The position numbers and the translations under genes are program-made. Positions 1-9,319 of a stretch of DNA of 64,000 nt are shown piece after piece. Source of the stretch: Bacteroidales bacterium. Its GTDB lineage: Bacteria > Bacteroidota > Bacteroidia > Bacteroidales > UBA12077. Location of the stretch: contig DATFIZ010000123.1 in NCBI GenBank assembly GCA_035269575.1, forward strand, positions 1,054-65,053, given 5' to 3'. How positions within the stretch are numbered: position 1 is the first letter of the stretch; each line of letters opens with the position of its first letter. Under the pieces are notes generated by a model that was not told where the DNA came from, made no database searches, and was given only the letters and a program-made list of their open reading frames with translations.

Positions 1-2298
1 ACTTATTTTATAGGCTAAACTATATTTATTAACCGCTGAAATTGAATCACCTCCGCCAATTAAGGAAAATGCTCCTTTATCGGTTGCCCGTGCCACAGCC
101 ATAGCAATTTTTAATGTCCCCATCGAAAAGTTTGACATTTCGAATACGCCAATTGGACCGTTCCATAAAATAGTTGATGAATTTTCTATGACCTGGGTAA
201 ATTGGTTGGCCGATTTTATGCCAATATCTAATCCCATCCATCCATCTTTTATTTTATCAATCTCGCAATGTTCAATGTTTGCATCGTTTTTAAAATCATC
301 AGCTATAATACAATCGGTAGGCAAATAAAGGTTTACTCCATTTTCTTTGGCTTTGGCCATAATTTTTTGGGCTGTTTCAAGGTGATCTCTTTCTACCAGG
401 GAATTTCCGGTATCTCCACCCAATGCTTTAATAAATGTATACACAATACCTCCGCCAACAATCAGATTGTCAACTTTTTCAAGCAAAGCCAGGATAATAT
501 GGATTTTGGTAGATACCTTGGAACCCCCAATAATGGCCGTAAACGGGCGTCTGGCTTGTTTTACCACTTTGTCGATATTGTTTATTTCATTTTCTACCAG
601 GTAGCCCAACATCTTGTCGTTTGGGAAAAATTTTGCAATAGTATAAGTTGATGCATGTGCACGATGAGCAGTCCCAAAAGCATTAAAAACGTATGCGTCG
701 CCCATTTCAGCCAGTTGACGGGCAAAATTTTCATCTGCCTCCGTTTCTTCTTTATAAAAACGCAGGTTTTCAAGCAGCAGACACTCTCCTGGTTTTAGTT
801 CTTTAGCAGCTGTTTTTGCTTCATCACTCAGGCAGTCAGGGGCAAAATTTATCTCTCTGTCGAGCGATTTATTTAGAAAAGGCAAAATATGTTTTAACGA
901 TAAGTTTTCATCATATTTTCCTTTTGGTCTTCCCAGGTGTGTTAAAAAGATTATGGAGCCCCCGTCGGCTAAAATCTTACGAACCGTGGGCAGTGCAGTT
1001 ATAATTCTGGTTGCATCAGTTATTTCTTTTCTTTCATTAAGGGGTACGTTGAAATCAACGCGCATTAAGACTTTTTTTCCTTGAAAATTATACCGGTCGA
1101 TGGTTAGATTCTGTTTTATCGCCTTAATACTTGGTAATTCTTTTCCTTCGATATATTCAAGCAGAGCTCCACCTGCAGTTGAAATATAACTAATTTTATG
1201 TGCTAAACTGTATTTGTTAACAGCAGCAATCGAATCCCCACCTCCGGTTAATGAATAAGCTCCTTTGTCAGTAGCGCGGGCAACAGACATTGCTACTTTA
1301 AGTGTACCCATTGAAAAACTTGGCATTTCAAAAACGCCGATAGGACCATTCCAAAGAATTTTTTGGGAATTTTCAATTACCTCAGCAAATTTATTGGCCG
1401 ATTTTATTCCAATATCCAGGCCCATCCATCCGTCAGGAATATCCATGATATCGCAATGTTTTACGTGGGCATCGTTTTTAAATTCATCGGCAACAATGCA
1501 ATCCGTAGGCAGATATAGTTTTACGTTATTCTTTTCAGCTTCTCTAATGATTTGACGGGCAAAATCAAGGAAATTATCTTCCACTAATGAATTTCCAATA
1601 TTTCCACCCATGGCTTTAGCAAAGGTAAAACCAATTCCTCCGGCTATAATCAGGTTGTCTACTTTTTCAATTAACGCTTCGATGATATGGATTTTGGTTG
1701 AAACTTTTGACCCTCCCAAAATGGCAGTAAAAGGATGGATTGGTTGGTATAAGATTTTATCAATATTCTGTATCTCATTTTCTACCAGATAGCCAAACAT
1801 ACTGTCTTTAGGGAAATGCTTTGCTATAGTGTACGTTGATGCATGAGCTCTGTGTGCTGTGCCAAATGCATTATTTATGTATGCATCCCCAAGCCGGGCA
1901 AGTTTTTCAGCAAACTCTTCATCTGCTTCGGTTTCTTCATTATGGAAACGTAAATTTTCAAGTAATAATACTTCACCGGGTTTAAGATTGCTGGCCAGCT
2001 TTTCAGTCTCTTCTCCAATACAATCCGGAGCAAATTTCACCTCACGGTCAAGCACTTTTTTTAAATAAGGAAGTATAATTTGTAAAGACATTTTTTTGTT
2101 ATACATACCTTTAGGTCTTCCGAGATGAGTTAACAGAATGATTGCTCCTCCTTCGGCTAATATTTTTTGAATGGTGGGGATAGCTGTAATAATTCGGGTA
2201 TCATCGGTGATTTCAAGATTCTCATTTAAAGGGACATTAAAATCTACACGCACGAGAACTTTTTTCCCTGAAAAATTATAATTGTCAATAGAATACAT
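1..2298 (-). CDS. pgk: Phosphoglycerate kinase, tandem in-frame PGK-PGK fusion (module A 2298-1108, module B 1107-1; the last ~27 codons of module B lie beyond the window edge)
   Basis: I translated all 766 minus-strand codons from ATG 2298-2296 to position 1 and found no stop. Module A reads MYSIDNYNFSGKKVLVRVDFNVPL...THLGRPKG...GGSKVSTKIH...WNGPIGVFE...GGGDS...YISTAGGALLEYIEGKELPSIKAIKQN. It runs directly into module B: LTIDRYNFQGKKVLMRVDFNVPL...THLGRPKG...GGSKVSTKIH...WNGPIGVFE...GGGDSISAVNKYSLAYKIS. The ORF is missing from the track because its stop codon lies left of the window. Confidence 0.9.
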   Translation of the reverse strand, partial: MYSIDNYNFSGKKVLVRVDFNVPLNENLEITDDTRIITAIPTIQKILAEGGAIILLTHLGRPKGMYNKKMSLQIILPYLKKVLDREVKFAPDCIGEETEKLASNLKPGEVLLLENLRFHNEETEADEEFAEKLARLGDAYINNAFGTAHRAHASTYTIAKHFPKDSMFGYLVENEIQNIDKILYQPIHPFTAILGGSKVSTKIHIIEALIEKVDNLIIAGGIGFTFAKAMGGNIGNSLVEDNFLDFARQIIREAEKNNVKLYLPTDCIVADEFKNDAHVKHCDIMDIPDGWMGLDIGIKSANKFAEVIENSQKILWNGPIGVFEMPSFSMGTLKVAMSVARATDKGAYSLTGGGDSIAAVNKYSLAHKISYISTAGGALLEYIEGKELPSIKAIKQNLTIDRYNFQGKKVLMRVDFNVPLNERKEITDATRIITALPTVRKILADGGSIIFLTHLGRPKGKYDENLSLKHILPFLNKSLDREINFAPDCLSDEAKTAAKELKPGECLLLENLRFYKEETEADENFARQLAEMGDAYVFNAFGTAHRAHASTYTIAKFFPNDKMLGYLVENEINNIDKVVKQARRPFTAIIGGSKVSTKIHIILALLEKVDNLIVGGGIVYTFIKALGGDTGNSLVERDHLETAQKIMAKAKENGVNLYLPTDCIIADDFKNDANIEHCEIDKIKDGWMGLDIGIKSANQFTQVIENSSTILWNGPIGVFEMSNFSMGTLKIAMAVARATDKGAFSLIGGGDSISAVNKYSLAYKIS

Positions 2299-2411
2299 GA
2301 TTTGTGCTTTTTAGGTATTTGAAGGGATAAAGATATAAAAACTGAAATAATTATTTAAATATTAATTTTTCAGATATTTTCTTTATTTAACAGATATAAA
2401 TTGTTTATTGT

Positions 2412-2419
2412 TATTTTTG
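2412..2419 (+). promoter_or_regulatory. Candidate Bacteroidota -7 promoter box (TATTTTTG, consensus TAnnTTTG) for holB
   Basis: Exact match to TAnnTTTG, 40 nt upstream of ATG 2459. The motif is short and the DNA is AT-rich, so chance matches are expected. Confidence 0.3.
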
Positions 2420-2458
2420 TTGATAATAATTTATTTTATCTATTAATGAACCGTTTAT

Positions 2459-3586
2459 ATGCAGTTTAAAGAAGTTGTTGGACAGCAAAAAATTAAGGAG
2501 CAATTAGTTTATACGGTTAAAGAAAATCGTATTAGTCATGCCCAGTTGTTTCTGGGGCCTGAAGGATCGGGCAACCTGGCTTTAGCGATTGCTTATGCTC
2601 AATATATTTCATGTAATAATAAGCAGGGAGATGATTCTTGTGGCATTTGTTCATCGTGTCAGAAATTTAAAAAGTTGATTCATCCTGATCTACATTTTGT
2701 TTTTCCTGTAGCTACTTCTCAGGCTGTAAAAAAAGACCCTGTTAGTGATGATTATATTAACCAATGGCGAACAGCTATTATTGAAAACCCCTATTTTAAT
2801 CAACACAAATGGTTTGAAATCATTGAGATCGAGAATAAACAGGGTTTTATCAGTAAAAATGAGAGTACTGAAATTTTAAGAAAGTTAAATCTAAAAACGT
2901 TCGAATCAGAATACAAATTTATGATTATTTGGTTGCCTGAAAAAATGAATATTTATGCAGCCAATAAATTATTGAAGTTTATTGAAGAACCCCCTGAAAA
3001 AACACTTTTCTTTTTGGTGTCAGAAAACTCTGAACAAATTATTCCAACCATATTGTCCCGCACACAATTAATCAAAATCCCTAAAATTGATAATGATAGT
3101 TTACGCAGGGCTATTTGCGACCGGGCAGAAGTAACCCCCAAAAAGGCTGATGATATTGTTCATTTAGCCAATGGAAACTATTTTGAAGCTTTGAGTATAA
3201 CCTTTAGCCGGGATGAGGATAATGAACATTTTGAAAGGTTTAAAAACCTTATGCGTCTGGCATACCAATGGAAAGTTGTTGAAATTATAGATTGGGTGGA
3301 TGATATTGCACGGATTGGAAGAGAAAAACAAAAAGGATTTTTAGCCTATTCAATACGATTATTACGTGAAAACTTTATGTTAAATATTAATCGTAAGGAG
3401 ATTGTATATCTTGCTCATGAAGAGTACGATTTTTCTGAAAATTTTTCTCAGTTTATTCATCAGGAGAATGTGGGTAAGTTATATGAAACGTTTAACAAAG
3501 CTTATGGTGATATTAGTATGAATGCGTATAATAAAATTGTTTTTCTGGATGTGGCTTTAAAAATTGTAAAATTGATTAAAAAGTAA
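2459..3586 (+). CDS. holB: DNA polymerase III delta-prime subunit (clamp-loader AAA+ protein)
   Basis: 375 aa. N-terminus HAQLFLGPEGSGNLALAIAYAQYISC, followed by Cys cluster CGICSSCQKF and ILSRTQ sensor motif. This matches the HolB-like layout. Confidence 0.85.
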   Translation: MQFKEVVGQQKIKEQLVYTVKENRISHAQLFLGPEGSGNLALAIAYAQYISCNNKQGDDSCGICSSCQKFKKLIHPDLHFVFPVATSQAVKKDPVSDDYINQWRTAIIENPYFNQHKWFEIIEIENKQGFISKNESTEILRKLNLKTFESEYKFMIIWLPEKMNIYAANKLLKFIEEPPEKTLFFLVSENSEQIIPTILSRTQLIKIPKIDNDSLRRAICDRAEVTPKKADDIVHLANGNYFEALSITFSRDEDNEHFERFKNLMRLAYQWKVVEIIDWVDDIARIGREKQKGFLAYSIRLLRENFMLNINRKEIVYLAHEEYDFSENFSQFIHQENVGKLYETFNKAYGDISMNAYNKIVFLDVALKIVKLIKK

Positions 3587-3685
3587 AATTAATTACTTTT
3601 GTAAACTGAATGACTCTTAAATTAATTGAAATTTCTTGATTAATTGATAAGAATAAATGGAAGAGAGAAAAAAGGAGAGATTGTT

Positions 3686-4846
3686 ATGAATAATAAAGAT
3701 AAAGAAGATAATACGCCGATTACAAATATTTCTCAATGTGGATGTATTCAACCCGAAAATTGCAGTAAGTTGGAGACATTTGACTGGTTAAAGTCTGTTC
3801 CGCAGGTAAAACAAAAAATTGATATTGTTGAAGTACACTTTAAAAATACACGTAAAGAGTTTTATGTAAATACGAATGGAATACGATTAAAAAAAGGGGA
3901 TATAGTGGCGGTAGAGGCATCACCAGGTCATGATATTGGGGTTGTTTCCTTAACCGGAGAACTTGTTTACCTCCAGATGAAAAAACAGGGTATTAAACCA
4001 ATCGAGCAGGAACTAAAAAAAATATACCGAAAAGCAAAAGCAGCTGATTTGGAGAAATGGTTCGAGGCTGTTATGTTGGAGCATAAAACAATGCTTAAAG
4101 CCAGAGAAATTGCTTCAGACCTAAAGCTTAATATGAAGATTGGGGATGTAGAATACCAGGGTGATAGAACAAAAGCTGTTTTTTACTATATTGCTGATGA
4201 GCGGGTTGACTTTAGAGAATTGATTAAAGTGTTGGCCGAGACTTTTAAAATAAGAATTGAAATGCGTCAGATTGGCGCTCGTCAGGAAGCTGGCCGGATA
4301 GGTGGTATAGGACCCTGTGGACGAGAGCTTTGTTGCTCAACCTGGATTACCAATTTTGTTTCGGTTACAACAAATGCAGCCCGATATCAGGAACTTTCTT
4401 TAAATCCTCAAAAATTAGCCGGGCAGTGTGGAAAACTAAAATGTTGTTTAAATTATGAGCTGGATTGTTATATAGATGCTCAAAAAGACTTTCCTTCACT
4501 AGATATTGTTCTGGAAACAGAAAAAGGCCCGGCATATCATAACAAGACGGATATTTTCAGAAGAATTATGTGGTATTCATTTGATCGGGAAAATGTGGTG
4601 AATATTACTCCTGTCCCTGTTGACCGGGTTAAAGAAATTATTGAGTTAAATCAAAAAGGGCAAAAAGTAGATGCTCTGATTGATATAACTTTACTTGAAG
4701 AGAGAGGGCTGGATTATAAGAATGTAGTAGGACAGGAAAGCCTCACGCGTTTTGATGAAAAGAAGGGAAAGAGACGAAAAAGAAAAGATAAAAAAACAGG
4801 AAATAGAAAAAAACGTCCCAAAAATGATAAAAGACAAAAGAAATAG
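3686..4846 (+). CDS. PSP1 domain protein (RicT/YaaT-like)
   Basis: Shows the PSP1 C-terminal pattern: VFYYIADERVDFRELIKVLAETFKIRIEMRQIGARQEAGRIGGIGPCGRELCCSTW...CGKLKCCLNYE. I prefer ATG 3686 over the track's TTG 3644. The Lys/Arg-rich C-terminal tail overlaps the gldH start. Confidence 0.8.
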   Translation: MNNKDKEDNTPITNISQCGCIQPENCSKLETFDWLKSVPQVKQKIDIVEVHFKNTRKEFYVNTNGIRLKKGDIVAVEASPGHDIGVVSLTGELVYLQMKKQGIKPIEQELKKIYRKAKAADLEKWFEAVMLEHKTMLKAREIASDLKLNMKIGDVEYQGDRTKAVFYYIADERVDFRELIKVLAETFKIRIEMRQIGARQEAGRIGGIGPCGRELCCSTWITNFVSVTTNAARYQELSLNPQKLAGQCGKLKCCLNYELDCYIDAQKDFPSLDIVLETEKGPAYHNKTDIFRRIMWYSFDRENVVNITPVPVDRVKEIIELNQKGQKVDALIDITLLEERGLDYKNVVGQESLTRFDEKKGKRRKRKDKKTGNRKKRPKNDKRQKK

Positions 4847-5303
4847 TCTCATTTTACTCGTTGGTATTTTCATGTTTTTTTCATGCGATTCCAATAGAGT
4901 ATATGAAAAAAACAGAAAAATTTCGGATCTTAAATGGAAGTTAACGGATACTATTATATTTGAAGTGCCCATTGAAGATACGATAAATCCTCATAATATT
5001 TATTTTAATGTTAGAAATTCTTCGAAGTATTCCATGCAAAATTTGTATGTTTTTATTCATACAAAAGCACCCAATGGTGTGACACTTACTGATACTTTTG
5101 AGTGTTATTTAGCCGACGAGAAAGGGAAGTGGACAGGTAGCGGTTGGGGTGATTTATATGATAATCAGTTTATTTATAAAAGGAATATTCGATTTCCTGT
5201 TTCGGGTATATACACTTTTAAATATGTCCATGGCATGCGTAACGAAACACTTCAGTATATCTCAGATGTAGGAATTCGGATTGAAAAAGTTAATCTGCGT
5301 TAG
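4824..5303 (+). CDS. gldH: Gliding motility lipoprotein GldH
   Basis: Start at internal ATG 4824 (MIKDKRNSLILLVGIFMFFSC, a lipobox). NVRNSSKYSMQNLYVF...DTFECYLADEKGKW...ISDVGIRIEK resembles Flavobacterium GldH as I recall it. The holB-PSP1-gldH order is typical of Bacteroidota. Confidence 0.8.
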   Translation: MIKDKRNSLILLVGIFMFFSCDSNRVYEKNRKISDLKWKLTDTIIFEVPIEDTINPHNIYFNVRNSSKYSMQNLYVFIHTKAPNGVTLTDTFECYLADEKGKWTGSGWGDLYDNQFIYKRNIRFPVSGIYTFKYVHGMRNETLQYISDVGIRIEKVNLR

Positions 5304-5323
5304 AGAGAAAAAATTAACAGGTT

Positions 5324-6022
5324 GTGGCAAAAAAAAAGTTACAAAGGTTTGCTGAGATGTTTACGTTCGAGCATGTTGTGCAACCTCCCTATGACGAAGT
5401 ATTTCGAAAGGATTACCCTTTAAAAGGAAACTGGAATCACTCATTTTTCAAAAACGATTACCCGATTATATTAGAATTAGGATGCGGGAAAGGTGAATAT
5501 ACCATTGGATTAGCACAACAGAATCCGAAGAAAAATTTTCTTGGAATAGATATAAAAGGAGCCCGCATGTGGTGTGGGGCAAAAACTGCTCAACAGGAAA
5601 AGCTTGATAATGTTGGGTTCTTAAGAACAAGAGTTGATTTTATAGCTTCTTTTTTTGCCCCCAACGAAATTGAAGAGATTTGGATTACATTTCCCGACCC
5701 CCAGCCCCAAAAATACTATAAGCGACTTACTTCAACAAAATTTCTGAGATTTTATAAAAATTTACTGAGTCCCAATGGATATATACATCTCAAAACTGAT
5801 AACAAAGCACTTTATTTGTATACCAAAGAAATAATTAAGGTTAATAAACTTGAACTTATAGTAGATACGGATAATTTGTATAATTCTAATGTTGACGACT
5901 CTGTTTTAGCGATAAAGACTTTTTACGAGAAAAAATTTATTGAGAAGGGGCAACCAATACATTACCTTAAATTCAAATTAAATAATACAGAAGATTTTGA
6001 AGAGCCGGAACAAAAAAAATGA
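5324..6022 (+). CDS. trmB: tRNA (guanine46-N7)-methyltransferase
   Basis: SAM-binding motif ILELGCGKGEYT and ITFPDPQPQKYYKRL (FPDPxxK-type motif). GTG start. Confidence 0.85.
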   Translation: MAKKKLQRFAEMFTFEHVVQPPYDEVFRKDYPLKGNWNHSFFKNDYPIILELGCGKGEYTIGLAQQNPKKNFLGIDIKGARMWCGAKTAQQEKLDNVGFLRTRVDFIASFFAPNEIEEIWITFPDPQPQKYYKRLTSTKFLRFYKNLLSPNGYIHLKTDNKALYLYTKEIIKVNKLELIVDTDNLYNSNVDDSVLAIKTFYEKKFIEKGQPIHYLKFKLNNTEDFEEPEQKK

Positions 6023-6353
6023 ACGCTTTTTCGAGAAGGTGTATAATGTAGCTCGAGAAATCCCTTTTGGAAGAGTTACCAGTTACGGTGCAATTGCTTC
6101 ATATCTGGGTTCTGTGAAATCGGCAAGGATAGTGGGATGGGCAATGAACAGTGCTCTCTCTGAAAGAAAGTATGTTCCCGCACATCGCGTGGTTAACCGA
6201 AACGGGTTGCTTACTGGTAAACATCATTTTGGAAACACTAATACAATGAAGCAGCTTTTAGAGAATGAGGGAATTGTGGTAAAGGAGGATCGAATAGTTG
6301 ATTTTAATAAAATTTTCTGGGATCCCTCCAAAGAAATACCCCTGTTAAAATAA
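5997..6353 (+). CDS. MGMT-family DNA-binding protein without the acceptor cysteine (alkyltransferase-like, ATL)
   Basis: FGRVTSYGAIASYLGS...ARIVGWAM...VPAHRVVNRNGLLTG. The PCHRV active-site motif of O6-alkylguanine transferases reads PAHRV here. TTG start overlaps the trmB end by 26 nt. Confidence 0.75.
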   Translation: MKSRNKKNERFFEKVYNVAREIPFGRVTSYGAIASYLGSVKSARIVGWAMNSALSERKYVPAHRVVNRNGLLTGKHHFGNTNTMKQLLENEGIVVKEDRIVDFNKIFWDPSKEIPLLK

Positions 6354-6445
6354 ACTGGTTGCTTGTAGTATAAGAATTTGTTAGCTGATAATGAGTTGTG
6401 TTTTATAAAACCGATATGTTTTATGGTCAGAATATAAATTATATT

Positions 6446-6453
6446 TATCTTTG
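6446..6453 (+). promoter_or_regulatory. Candidate -7 promoter box (TATCTTTG) for apbC
   Basis: Exact TAnnTTTG match, 37 nt upstream of ATG 6490. Confidence 0.35.
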
Positions 6454-6489
6454 CACCGTTAATTTAAATTAAATAAAAATAAGTAAATC

Positions 6490-7605
6490 ATGTCATATAG
6501 TAAAAAACAAATTTTACAAGCCTTACGAAATGTGAAGCATCCCGAAACAGCCCAGGATGTTGTTGCAATGGGAATGGTTGATGATATCTGGATTGAAGGC
6601 GACCAGGTAGGTTTTACCCTAAGCTTCAAACGAGCAAATGATCCTTTTATCAATTCTATGAAAAAGGTTTGTGTGCAGGCGATCGAGAAATATTTTGGTG
6701 CTAAATTAAGTGCCAAAGGGAACGTTCAAGTAAAAACACCAGAAAAAAAATCAGCCCCTCAACCTTCGCAAAATACTGCCTTAAAAGGGATTAAAAATAT
6801 TATTGCAGTTGCTTCCGGGAAAGGAGGTGTTGGTAAATCAACCGTTGCAACAAATTTAGCGGTTTCGTTAGCTCAAACAGGAGCTAAAGTGGGATTAATA
6901 GACGCAGATATTTATGGTCCTTCTATTCCTAAGATGTTTAATGTTGAAGGAGAAAGACCTATGGTTCGGAAAGAGGGAGAAACAGAGGTTATTACTCCGG
7001 TAGAAAATTATGGAGTGAAAATGCTATCCATTGGGTTTTTTATAAATCCCGATGATGCTTTAGTTTGGAGAGGTCCTATGGCAACCAATGCATTAAAACA
7101 GCTCTTACTTCAGGCTGAATGGGGCGAATTGGATTATATGGTTGTTGACTTACCTCCCGGAACAAGTGATGTTCATCTAACCCTTGTACAGGAAGTATCT
7201 GTTACCGGAGCAATTATTGTGAGTACTCCTCAGGATGTTGCTTTAGCCGATGCCGTTAAAGGTATAAAAATGTTTACCGGAAAACATATTAATGTTCCTG
7301 TATTAGGACTTGTTGAAAATATGTCTTGGTTTACACCCGAAGAATTACCTGAGAATAAATATTATATTTTCGGAAAAGATGGTTGTAAGAACCTTGCGGA
7401 AAAGCAAAATATTCCTTTACTTGGTCAAATCCCAATTGTTCAAAGTATTCGTGAGGGAGGGGACAGTGGACACCCTGCAGCGTTAGACTGGGATTCAATT
7501 GTAGGTAAGGCATTTAAAGAGGTAGCTTTATCGGTTATTAAAGCTGTTGATAAGAGAAATAAAGACATGGAACCAACAAAGAAAGTGGAAATTAAGCATA
7601 AATAA
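6490..7605 (+). CDS. apbC: Mrp/NBP35/ApbC-family iron-sulfur cluster carrier ATPase
   Basis: N-terminal DUF59-like segment, deviant Walker A VASGKGGVGKSTVATNLA, and DLPPGTSD switch motif. Confidence 0.9.
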   Translation: MSYSKKQILQALRNVKHPETAQDVVAMGMVDDIWIEGDQVGFTLSFKRANDPFINSMKKVCVQAIEKYFGAKLSAKGNVQVKTPEKKSAPQPSQNTALKGIKNIIAVASGKGGVGKSTVATNLAVSLAQTGAKVGLIDADIYGPSIPKMFNVEGERPMVRKEGETEVITPVENYGVKMLSIGFFINPDDALVWRGPMATNALKQLLLQAEWGELDYMVVDLPPGTSDVHLTLVQEVSVTGAIIVSTPQDVALADAVKGIKMFTGKHINVPVLGLVENMSWFTPEELPENKYYIFGKDGCKNLAEKQNIPLLGQIPIVQSIREGGDSGHPAALDWDSIVGKAFKEVALSVIKAVDKRNKDMEPTKKVEIKHK

Positions 7606-7632
7606 GAAATTAACTAAATTAATTGAATTACA

Positions 7633-7881
7633 ATGGATGTAGAAAAGAAGAAAGAACTGGAAAAAAAAGTAAATGAAACCATTGACATGGTAAGGCCTTA
7701 CCTGGTTGCTGATGGTGGAAACATTGAGTTTGTTGAACTTACTGATGATATGGTTGTTAAGGTTCAGTTGTTAGGAGCTTGCGGGGCTTGCCCTTTTAGT
7801 GTCCAAACCTTAAAAAATGGAGTAGAACAGGCTGTAAAAAAACAAGTTCCTGAAATAAAAGAAGTTATTTCTATTAACTAG
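7633..7881 (+). CDS. NifU-like (Nfu C-terminal domain) Fe-S assembly protein
   Basis: 82 aa with VRPYLVADGGNIEFVEL...GACGACP, a CxxC motif. Confidence 0.85.
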   Translation: MDVEKKKELEKKVNETIDMVRPYLVADGGNIEFVELTDDMVVKVQLLGACGACPFSVQTLKNGVEQAVKKQVPEIKEVISIN

Positions 7882-7896
7882 ATATCGGGGATACAA

Positions 7897-7932
7897 ATAA
7901 AAAATGGATGTGTAAAAACATCCATTTTTTTA
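7897..7932. terminator. Bidirectional Rho-independent terminator between the convergent nfu-like gene and the 7934-8308 gene
   Basis: Stem ATGGATGT (7904-7911) pairs with ACATCCAT (7918-7925). An A-run lies upstream and a T-run downstream. Confidence 0.75.
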
Positions 7933-7933
7933 T

Positions 7934-8308
7934 TTAATTATTTCCTTTTTCTTTAAAATAAGCCCGTGTAAGTACTTTCTTTAACTCCCGCTCTAAAATT
8001 TTGTGGGTGATAATTTCGGGTACCGATTGAAAGTTTTGTTCTGGGGCAGGCTTGATTAATTCTTTTTGGTTTATATCAATCTGATAAAGTAAGGACATTA
8101 ATTTTTCATAATTATCATTTAATAATTGCTCAATATAAACGCTAAGTTGAGTAAATAACTCCTCATAAGCCAGGCTGGTATTTCCTGAAAAAAAGACCTC
8201 CATCCCAAACATAGCAAAATCTTTGCGAACCTGTTCGGCCGTGAGTAATACAAATTTTTCTTCTTCTTTTGAGCGGTCCAATTGATTTTGGCTAATCAGC
8301 TGACTCAT
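7934..8308 (-). CDS. Hypothetical protein, 124 aa
   Basis: Long ORF in an operon-like array, overlapping the upstream gene by 17 nt. I recognise no motif. Confidence 0.6.
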   Translation of the reverse strand: MSQLISQNQLDRSKEEEKFVLLTAEQVRKDFAMFGMEVFFSGNTSLAYEELFTQLSVYIEQLLNDNYEKLMSLLYQIDINQKELIKPAPEQNFQSVPEIITHKILERELKKVLTRAYFKEKGNN

Positions 8309-9302
8309 TATTGTCTTTTTTGGGTTTTTGCAATGTATAAAGGATTGCTTCCAGCTGTCTTAAATAATCTCGTTTTTTAAATTGTGGAGCATAAACGAAG
8401 GCATCAAAATTTAAAACACGATTATCTTCATTATCTACAATTGTAAAAGTAACAAAAGGCCCTCCCATGAAATCATTTCTCACATGCCATAATCCGCGTG
8501 TTTCGATAATATCAATACCATTCACGTTAATTTTTCTTCGAAGATAATCGGTTTCATGTTCAACAGCCATATAAGAGTTTCTTGAGGGTCCTGGAACAAA
8601 TCGTTTGGTAAACTGGTCCCGTTTAGCAAAAATTAAACCTGTAGATAATTCGATTTCCGGCATTGGGTAGGAATATACTAATATTCCCTGAGTCAGATCC
8701 CCATGTCCGCGACTTTCTATCCAAACAAAATCTGTTGTATCAACATCTAAGGAGTAACCTCTGGGAACCGTTAACCGATAACCAAATTTTTCTTCTAACC
8801 GATCGCCTATGGTTATTTCTTCGAATTTTTTATAACCCTGAGCATAACGCTCCATTTCTTTTTCTAAAATACGTTCAACAATAATATCCCCCCTTTTTCT
8901 TATTAATTCCAATAATTCTTCTTCATTAGGGGCAACTACATTGATAATCATCTGAGGTTTAGCCCAAATATTTTTTTGAACCGCTATTTGCGGTTCTTTG
9001 TAGCTTTTATTTACTTTAACGGCGACTAATGTTCGGTGTGTTTTGAAAATATTGGTAAAAGCACTGTGTGGAATATGTGTAAGGTCAAACATGGGTTCGT
9101 CCTGAGGTAAGGCAGGACATGAGGCTATAAATCTTTTTTTAAATTCCTGACCAATTTCAGCATTCCAGTAATCATTATCAATTACCAAAACAACTTCCCC
9201 TGCTCTTCCTGTTACATTGGGTAATGAACTAGAAGGATCCTTGTCTTTACATGATTCTAAAATAAAGATTAACGGAATAAGTAAAAAAACTATTTTTTTC
9301 AT
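8292..9302 (-). CDS. Lipoprotein of unknown function (possibly DUF4837-like)
   Basis: Signal peptide plus lipobox (MKKIVFLLIPLIFILESC). 336 aa. The family assignment is from memory only. Confidence 0.65.
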   Translation of the reverse strand: MKKIVFLLIPLIFILESCKDKDPSSSLPNVTGRAGEVVLVIDNDYWNAEIGQEFKKRFIASCPALPQDEPMFDLTHIPHSAFTNIFKTHRTLVAVKVNKSYKEPQIAVQKNIWAKPQMIINVVAPNEEELLELIRKRGDIIVERILEKEMERYAQGYKKFEEITIGDRLEEKFGYRLTVPRGYSLDVDTTDFVWIESRGHGDLTQGILVYSYPMPEIELSTGLIFAKRDQFTKRFVPGPSRNSYMAVEHETDYLRRKINVNGIDIIETRGLWHVRNDFMGGPFVTFTIVDNEDNRVLNFDAFVYAPQFKKRDYLRQLEAILYTLQKPKKDNNESAD

Positions 9303-9319
9303 GCTCCTTAAATTTAGGG

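Noticed and set aside
268-2068. Five plus-strand ORFs of 60-127 aa in the track (268-651, 816-1004, 1265-1555, 1610-1792, 1859-2068)
   Set aside because: All lie antisense to the continuous PGK-PGK reading frame, and their translations are low-complexity with no motif. They are shadow ORFs. The real gene is missing from the track only because its stop codon lies outside the window.
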